37,415 bases of DNA, from the NCBI GenBank assembly GCA_964413345.1, contig CAYPTM010000001.1, forward strand, positions 1 through 37,415. Direction: 5' to 3'. How positions within the stretch are numbered: the stretch's first letter is position 1; the number at the start of each line of letters is the position of its first letter. Source of the DNA: an uncultured Elusimicrobiales bacterium. GTDB taxonomy: Bacteria; Elusimicrobiota; Elusimicrobia; Elusimicrobiales; Elusimicrobiaceae. Below are positions 32,608-37,415 of this stretch, in pieces. The notes under the pieces were generated by a model, which saw nothing but the letters and a program-made list of their open reading frames with translations, did not search any database and was not told the origin of the DNA. The position numbers were made by a program, and so were the translations under genes.

Positions 32608-33904
32608 AACGGACACGCTCATAATCGGCGCCGGGCTCTGCGGCCTCTCCTGCGGCTATCATCTCCGCAAGGCGGGGCACGGGGATTTCCTGATACTCGA
32701 AAGCAATCCATATCCCGGCGGGCTGTCCTCCTCCATACGGCAGGACGGCTTCACTTTCGACTGGTCGGGCCACCTGCTGCACCTGCACAGCCCGGAAGGG
32801 AAAAAACTTGTCCGCTCCCTGCTGCGCGGAAACCTGCTGGCGATAAAGCGCAGCGCGTGGATACACCTTTACGGCGTACAGACCCGGTACCCCTTCCAGG
32901 CAAACACCTACGGCCTGCCGCCGGAAGTCGTAAGCGAGTGCGTGACAGGTTTCCTTAAGGCCTGGCAGGCGGGAGAAACCCCGGTCCACACCGGCCCGTT
33001 CGACAGATGGGCCGCCGCGCTTTTCGGAGAAGGCATATGCCGCCATTTCATGTACCCGTACAACCGCAAGCTGTGGCAATATCCGCTTGATAAAATGACG
33101 GCGGAGTGGTGCGGCGCTTTTGTCCCCCGCCCGAAGCCGGAAGAGGTTATCAAGGGAGCGTATTTTGAACAGGGCAAGGCTTTCGGTTACAACGCCTCTT
33201 TCCTGTACCCGGAAAAAGGCGGAATCGGCGCGCTGGCCGCCGCCCTTGCCGGAAAAACGGGGAACATCAGCTACAGCACGAAAGTCCTGTTGGTAAGCCT
33301 CAAGAAAAAAGAAGCCCTTGTCCGGAGCCGCAACGGCGGGACGGAAACAATAAAATTCAAAAGACTTCTCAACACCTCCCCGCTGAAAGACTTCGTTCTG
33401 TCAGCGAGGGACTGCCCCGCCGCCGTCAAAAACGCCGCCCGCAGGCTCAAGTGCGCGGGGGTGGACGTGCTCAACCTCGGCGTCAAGGGCAGGGTATCCG
33501 ACCGGCACTGGTTCTATTTCCCGGAGAAGAAATATCCCTTCTACCGCGCCGGTATAGCTTCCAATTTCTCGGGGAGCGTGGCCCCGGCCGGGACGTCCTC
33601 CCTTTACATTGAAATACCGCGCGAAGGCCTGCCGGTCTCAAACGGTGAAGTTTTGGCGGGGCTGAAGGACGCGGGACTTTTGAAAAAAGGCAACACAGTA
33701 ATAACCGAGCAACGCCTCGGCATACCCTGCGCCTACGTTATTTACGACAAGGAAAGAAACGCCGCCATGAAGACTGTCATGGCGGCGCTGAAAAAAGCCG
33801 GCTGCCTCAGCTCGGGCAGATACGGCGGCTGGAAGTATTCCTTCATGGAAGAAGCGCTGACCGACGGCAGGCGCGCGGCGGAAGAACTGCTCTCCATGCG
33901 CTGA
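32600..33904 (+). CDS. FAD-dependent flavoprotein resembling eukaryote-type (long) UDP-galactopyranose mutase
   Basis: 434 aa. LIIGAGLCGLSCG dinucleotide fold. ESNPYPGGLSSS, YPFQANTYGLP, FMYPYNRKLWQYPLDKMTAEWCG, WFYFPEKKYPFYRAGIASNFS and GRYGGWKYS align by eye with motifs I recall from Aspergillus/trypanosomatid UGM. Confidence 0.6.
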   Translation: MIETDTLIIGAGLCGLSCGYHLRKAGHGDFLILESNPYPGGLSSSIRQDGFTFDWSGHLLHLHSPEGKKLVRSLLRGNLLAIKRSAWIHLYGVQTRYPFQANTYGLPPEVVSECVTGFLKAWQAGETPVHTGPFDRWAAALFGEGICRHFMYPYNRKLWQYPLDKMTAEWCGAFVPRPKPEEVIKGAYFEQGKAFGYNASFLYPEKGGIGALAAALAGKTGNISYSTKVLLVSLKKKEALVRSRNGGTETIKFKRLLNTSPLKDFVLSARDCPAAVKNAARRLKCAGVDVLNLGVKGRVSDRHWFYFPEKKYPFYRAGIASNFSGSVAPAGTSSLYIEIPREGLPVSNGEVLAGLKDAGLLKKGNTVITEQRLGIPCAYVIYDKERNAAMKTVMAALKKAGCLSSGRYGGWKYSFMEEALTDGRRAAEELLSMR

Positions 33905-33908
33905 CCGC

Positions 33909-34799
33909 TCAGCCCGGCAGGGCCACGCGGAAAAACCGGCTGATTACCGCGCCAAGCGCGTATGTGGCGCCGGCGGTTCCAAGCATGAGTACGGCGGCCT
34001 CGGCGAACTCCCTTAAAAATCCCCTCTCGAACACTACCGCGCTGTAAAAGGTAAGCGCGGCAAGCAGCAGCATGCCCACACCCGTGGATGTCAGGAAAGC
34101 CGGGACCATCCCGCTCAGCAGAAAATACGGCAGGGCCAGCAGGATGACGGCAAGCAGATAGGTGGCCCCGGTTGCGGCGGAGGCGGACAGGGCGGCCCCC
34201 TGCTCGTTCTGCTTGGCCTGCATGTAAGCGGCCGACGCCATGGATATGGCCGCCGCGAAACCGACTATAAGGCTTGAAAGACCCGCGGCGCGGGTTGAAC
34301 CCGTGGCGCCGAGGAAACCCGCATTGACGCCGGTGAGCTCCACTATCGCATCAGACAGGCCGAGCGCGATGAAACCCACATACTCGACCCGCCTGTCTTT
34401 TATGCGCCCGACCAGTTCCCGCGCGTGGTTCCGCTCATCATCGATGATGGCGGAAAAACGTTCGCTGTGGGAAGGCGGCATGAGCGGAGCGAGAGTCTTT
34501 TCGTAAAGCGAGATGGTTTCCTTCTCATGTCTTTCCAGAAGCTTTATGGTGAACGTAACGCCCATGACCCGGCGCAATACCGGGGTCAGGGACAGGGAGA
34601 GGGAATCCGGCTCCGGCTTTTTCCCGGCGGGGGCAAGTTCCGTCCAGAAGGCGCAGTGGGCCTTTTCCTGGACGGCAAGTTTTTCAAGCAGCTCCCTGTT
34701 GGCCGCGTCGCGCTCCGCGAGCGCGAGCCTGCCGTAGACGAGATGGTCAGTCAGCTCGTGCCCGGCATTGTAAAGGGCGATTTCCTCGGGTATTGGCAT
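33909..34799 (-). CDS. Ferritin-like domain fused to a VIT1/CCC1-family Fe/Mn transporter
   Basis: ATG 34799. Four-helix ferritin-like part (ELTDHLVYGRLA, QEKAHCAFW, DDERNHAREL), then the VIT membrane domain (GLSDAIVELTGVNAGFLGA, about 5 TM helices). The track start 34877 (TTG) would place an intrinsic terminator inside the coding sequence. Confidence 0.75.
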   Translation of the reverse strand: MPIPEEIALYNAGHELTDHLVYGRLALAERDAANRELLEKLAVQEKAHCAFWTELAPAGKKPEPDSLSLSLTPVLRRVMGVTFTIKLLERHEKETISLYEKTLAPLMPPSHSERFSAIIDDERNHARELVGRIKDRRVEYVGFIALGLSDAIVELTGVNAGFLGATGSTRAAGLSSLIVGFAAAISMASAAYMQAKQNEQGAALSASAATGATYLLAVILLALPYFLLSGMVPAFLTSTGVGMLLLAALTFYSAVVFERGFLREFAEAAVLMLGTAGATYALGAVISRFFRVALPG

Positions 34800-34805
34800 A
34801 AGGTT

Positions 34806-34840
34806 GTAAAAAGGGCGGACGCTTGAAAAAGCGTCCGCCC
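34806..34840 (-). terminator. Rho-independent terminator after the GH13 gene
   Basis: Perfect 10-bp stem gggcggacgc (34813-34822) / gcgtccgccc (34831-34840) with an 8-nt loop. On the minus strand it is followed by TTTTTAC. It lies 20 nt after the GH13 stop. Confidence 0.85.
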
Positions 34841-34860
34841 AAAGTCTTACAGGAGCCGGG

Positions 34861-36417
34861 TCAGAACTCCAGGTCAAGCACGTGGACGCCGAAGGGCGGC
34901 AGCTCCACGAACAGGCCGGAACCCTTGACCTCCTCGGCGGGACGGGTGAAGAATATCTCAGCCATCTCGTCGTAGAAGGTGTAGTTCTTGCCGGACATGG
35001 GCACGCTGACGCCTATCCTGCCGTGAGAGAGGGTGGCGGAATAGTTTATCACCACCATCTTAAGCGTGCGCCGCTGCGTCCAGGACCAGCAGAGCAGGTT
35101 GGCGTTGGTCTCGTCGCCCTGCGCCACCGGCCGCACTTCCAGCAGGTTCCACTCCCCGCCGTGGAAGGCGGGATGGTCCGCTATCTTGAGAATCTTCTCG
35201 TAATACTTGCGGATGGCGGAATCGCCTTCGATGTCGAACTTCTTGTACTGTATGGGAATCTTGGTCGGCACGCCCATTATCTGGCCGAGGTAGAACAGCC
35301 TCATGCCGCGCAGCGTGGAGGTGACCAGCGCTGCCACCAGCGATTTCTGCGCGCCGAAGGCGGTCAGGGCGGGCATCTCGTCGTGGTTTTCGATGAAGCG
35401 GACGGAACGCTTCTGGTATAGCTTTTCGGCGCGCAGGTGTCCGCGCACGTCGGACGGGCCCAGGTAGCGCAGGCGGTCGTAAAGCACCTTGTCATAGGTA
35501 TAGTCGAAACCCATCTCCTGCACGCGCCATTCAAGGCCCCAGTAAACTTCGGCCAGGAACGTGAAGTGCGGGTTCTTTTCCTTGGCGGCGCGTATGGCCT
35601 CGGGCCAGAATTCTGCGGCCGGCCTGTTGTAGCCCTGCTTCTTCAGCAGCCAGCCCCAGGTGCCCTCATGCACGTCGTTGAGAGACAGCATGACCATGTC
35701 GCAGCGAACGCCGTCGCAAAGCTCGGTCAGCTTGAGCAGCGTTTCCATCATGTACTGGCGCGCGGCCGGATTGAAATAATTGAGCTGGGCGGTGTCCTTC
35801 CACGCGGGGAAGTTGGGGTCGCGCCCGTAGGCCAGATGGCGCACGCCGGAATCAGTCTGCGCCTCAAAGAACCAGTCATTGTGATACTTGACCTCTTCAG
35901 GGTCGGCCTGTATGAAGCAGTCGGGGCAGGTCCTGGTGAGGGGATGGTCTATGGAAAGATGATTGGATATATAGTCAAGGAACAGCTTTATGCCGAGCTC
36001 GTTCAGCTTGACGTGCAGGGCGGACAGTTCCTCGGGCTTGCCGAATTCCGGGTTGAGAACGTAATCGTAAACCGAATACGGAGAACCGGCTATGTCGTCC
36101 AGAGAAGCCTCCGGCTTGAGGGCGGTGACTTCCTTTACCAGGGAATCCGTGGCGCGCGCTATAAGCTCGGCCTTCGCGCTTGTCTGCCAGACGCCCATAA
36201 GCCACACGGCGTCGAAACCCAGGTGCTTGAGCGCCACCCATTCCTCGTCCGGGACAGTGCCCAGGGTAAGTGTAGCGCCGTACTTTTCCCGCAGCAGCCA
36301 CAGCCACTGCCGGGTGTTTATTTCAAGAATATGCGGATTTGCTCGCACGATAACCCCCTTCCCTTGTTGTAGAAACGAGGTGCGCTGCCTTTTCCCTGCC
36401 CCCGACGGCACAGACAT
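34861..36417 (-). CDS. Alpha-amylase family glycoside hydrolase (GH13)
   Basis: All four GH13 conserved regions are present: LDYISNH, DGVRCDMVM, FLAEVYW, FIENHDE. An alternative GTG start at 36348 has a better SD (GGAAGGGGG). Confidence 0.85.
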   Translation of the reverse strand: MSVPSGAGKRQRTSFLQQGKGVIVRANPHILEINTRQWLWLLREKYGATLTLGTVPDEEWVALKHLGFDAVWLMGVWQTSAKAELIARATDSLVKEVTALKPEASLDDIAGSPYSVYDYVLNPEFGKPEELSALHVKLNELGIKLFLDYISNHLSIDHPLTRTCPDCFIQADPEEVKYHNDWFFEAQTDSGVRHLAYGRDPNFPAWKDTAQLNYFNPAARQYMMETLLKLTELCDGVRCDMVMLSLNDVHEGTWGWLLKKQGYNRPAAEFWPEAIRAAKEKNPHFTFLAEVYWGLEWRVQEMGFDYTYDKVLYDRLRYLGPSDVRGHLRAEKLYQKRSVRFIENHDEMPALTAFGAQKSLVAALVTSTLRGMRLFYLGQIMGVPTKIPIQYKKFDIEGDSAIRKYYEKILKIADHPAFHGGEWNLLEVRPVAQGDETNANLLCWSWTQRRTLKMVVINYSATLSHGRIGVSVPMSGKNYTFYDEMAEIFFTRPAEEVKGSGLFVELPPFGVHVLDLEF

Positions 36418-36503
36418 ATGCTCTGGCGCTGGCGAACCGCCTTAAAAAAAGGCTTTCACCCTCCGCGCCAGGACGCCGTCACGGGACTGGTCCCTCTCCC
36501 TTT

Positions 36504-36531
36504 ATTATACACGGGTGAGATTTTTATGCAA
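36504..36531 (-). promoter_or_regulatory. Sigma70-like promoter candidate for the GH13 gene
   Basis: Minus strand: TTGCAT (36531..36526), 16-nt spacer, TATAAT (36509..36504). Confidence 0.4.
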
Positions 36532-36579
36532 TGCCCAAAAACAGGGTGGCTTGGCGGCACGCGCCAATGGGGGAAAAAC

Positions 36580-37415
36580 CTAGCTTCCTGATGCGGACGG
36601 GGACATTCTGGGTATGGCAAGGATAACCAGCCCCAGCACCGCAGCGCCAGCCCCGTTGAGGGCACAGAGAACGGAAAGCGGCATCTTTTCCGCCAACACA
36701 CCGTTCAGCGCCAGCGAAAGCGGAACCACCGCGAAGCAAAGGGTATAAAGCGCGGCGAAAAAACGGCCCTTCATTTCATCCGGCACGACATGCTGGAAAA
36801 ATATCATCGCCTTGGCGTTGCCCAGCGCAAGCATGGCCCCTATTACCAAAAGAAGCAGACAGAGCAGCGCCTTTGAAAACACGAAACCGAGCGAACCGAA
36901 CAGCAGCCCCACGGATATCATGGAGAAGGAAAGAGGAGCGTAAATGCTTCCCTGCCCGGGGCGAAGGCTTAGCGCTATCGCGACAGCCGCCGAACCGGCC
37001 GCGAAGAAAGTCTCGAAAACGGCAAGCCATACGGCGGTTTCGTTAAGGGAAAACTTGACCAGCATCGGCATTATTATCAGCAGCGGAGCCGCAAAAAAAT
37101 TCACCACCGAGAACACAACAAGCAAAGCCAGCAGGGGCCTGCTGGACGCTATGTAGGAAATGCCGGCCTTCAGTTCGGACAAATACCCGGCGGATGAGCT
37201 CCCCTTCGGAGCAAGGGGAGTGCGTATTCCGAACACGGCAAGAAAGGAAACCAGGAAAGCCAGCGCATTGGCGGCGAAGGCCCCCAGCACGCCCGTTGCA
37301 GCAAGGAAAACCGAACCGAGCGCGGCGCCCGCCACGGCGGACAGTTGTATGCAGGAAGCGTCCGCGGCCGTGGCCGGGGCAAGATGCTCCGCATCCGTAA
37401 GGTCGACAAGAGAGC
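36580..37415 (-). CDS. MFS transporter (N-terminus beyond the window)
   Basis: The frame is open from the window edge (SLVDLTDAEHLAPATAADASCIQLSAVAGAALGS...) to the stop at 36580. It has successive hydrophobic helices typical of the C-terminal six-helix half of an MFS transporter. The track GTG 37335 is internal. Confidence 0.7.
   Translation of the reverse strand, partial: SLVDLTDAEHLAPATAADASCIQLSAVAGAALGSVFLAATGVLGAFAANALAFLVSFLAVFGIRTPLAPKGSSSAGYLSELKAGISYIASSRPLLALLVVFSVVNFFAAPLLIIMPMLVKFSLNETAVWLAVFETFFAAGSAAVAIALSLRPGQGSIYAPLSFSMISVGLLFGSLGFVFSKALLCLLLLVIGAMLALGNAKAMIFFQHVVPDEMKGRFFAALYTLCFAVVPLSLALNGVLAEKMPLSVLCALNGAGAAVLGLVILAIPRMSPSASGS

Noticed and set aside
28683-33904. Analogy to the DprE1/DprE2-type lipid-linked sugar epimerisation system (FAD oxidase plus SDR reductase plus polyprenyl-P transferase plus GT-C), as in arabinofuranose pilin glycosylation
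   Set aside because: The flavoprotein has a Rossmann-type GxGxxG and UGM-like motifs rather than a VAO-type FAD domain. The transferase is WecA/MraY type, not UbiA type. The parallel is architectural only.
33900-33913. Small hairpin GCTGA-ccgc-TCAGC between the convergent UGM-like and VIT genes
   Set aside because: It is a trivial consequence of two convergent TGA stops 4 nt apart. The stem is 5 bp with no U-tract, so it is not a credible terminator.
34800-34877. The longer TTG-initiated version of the ferritin-VIT ORF
   Set aside because: It would encode the GH13 terminator hairpin as protein and overlap the GH13 3' end. The conserved ferritin-like N-terminus starts right after ATG 34799.
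1-37415. Scan for CRISPR arrays, tRNA/rRNA genes, IS elements, integrases, toxin-antitoxin pairs and known defence-system genes
   Set aside because: I saw no regularly spaced direct repeats, no cloverleaf-like sequence in the short intergenic gaps, no transposase/integrase-like ORFs, no inverted terminal repeats and no compositional island. The absence is judged by eye and should be confirmed with tRNAscan-SE, Infernal, ISEScan and DefenseFinder.

Overview
GC-rich, gene-dense 37.4-kb chromosomal window from a diderm (outer-membrane-bearing) bacterium. I cannot assign its lineage from this sequence. By eye I found no rRNA, tRNA, CRISPR array, transposase or integrase. There are about 31 protein genes, many with 1-20 nt start/stop overlaps, in five blocks. 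(1) 1-1199: partial secreted HExxH protein. (2) 1308-7228, minus strand: an ECF sigma factor followed by a tightly coupled thioredoxin / 7-Cys ferredoxin / TolC-like OMF / RND pump / DUF2892 operon with no periplasmic adaptor gene. (3) 7362-21021, plus strand: the type IV pilus alignment-secretin operon pilMNOPQ. A strong terminator abuts the next ATG, and then come two tandem Wzy_C-TPR fusion proteins and a flippase-like / methyltransferase / GT4 / AsnB-like module. (4) 21018-28557, minus strand: recG, a split metH (catalytic modules plus a separate reactivation-domain gene), coaD and a TMTC-like GT-C/TPR protein. (5) 28683-33904, plus strand: RmlD-like reductase / large GT-C-like membrane protein / WecA-like priming transferase / eukaryote-type UDP-galactopyranose-mutase-like flavoprotein. 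After these, on the minus strand, come a ferritin-VIT fusion, a GH13 enzyme and a partial MFS transporter. The best candidate for an undescribed system is a pilus-linked, TPR-guided protein O-glycosylation apparatus: two Wzy_C-TPR paralogs behind pilQ, with glycan priming, tailoring and flipping genes on both sides. The second candidate is the adaptor-less RND/OMF operon fused to cytoplasmic redox proteins. All functional calls rest on motif recognition by eye and on synteny. No database search or computation was run.
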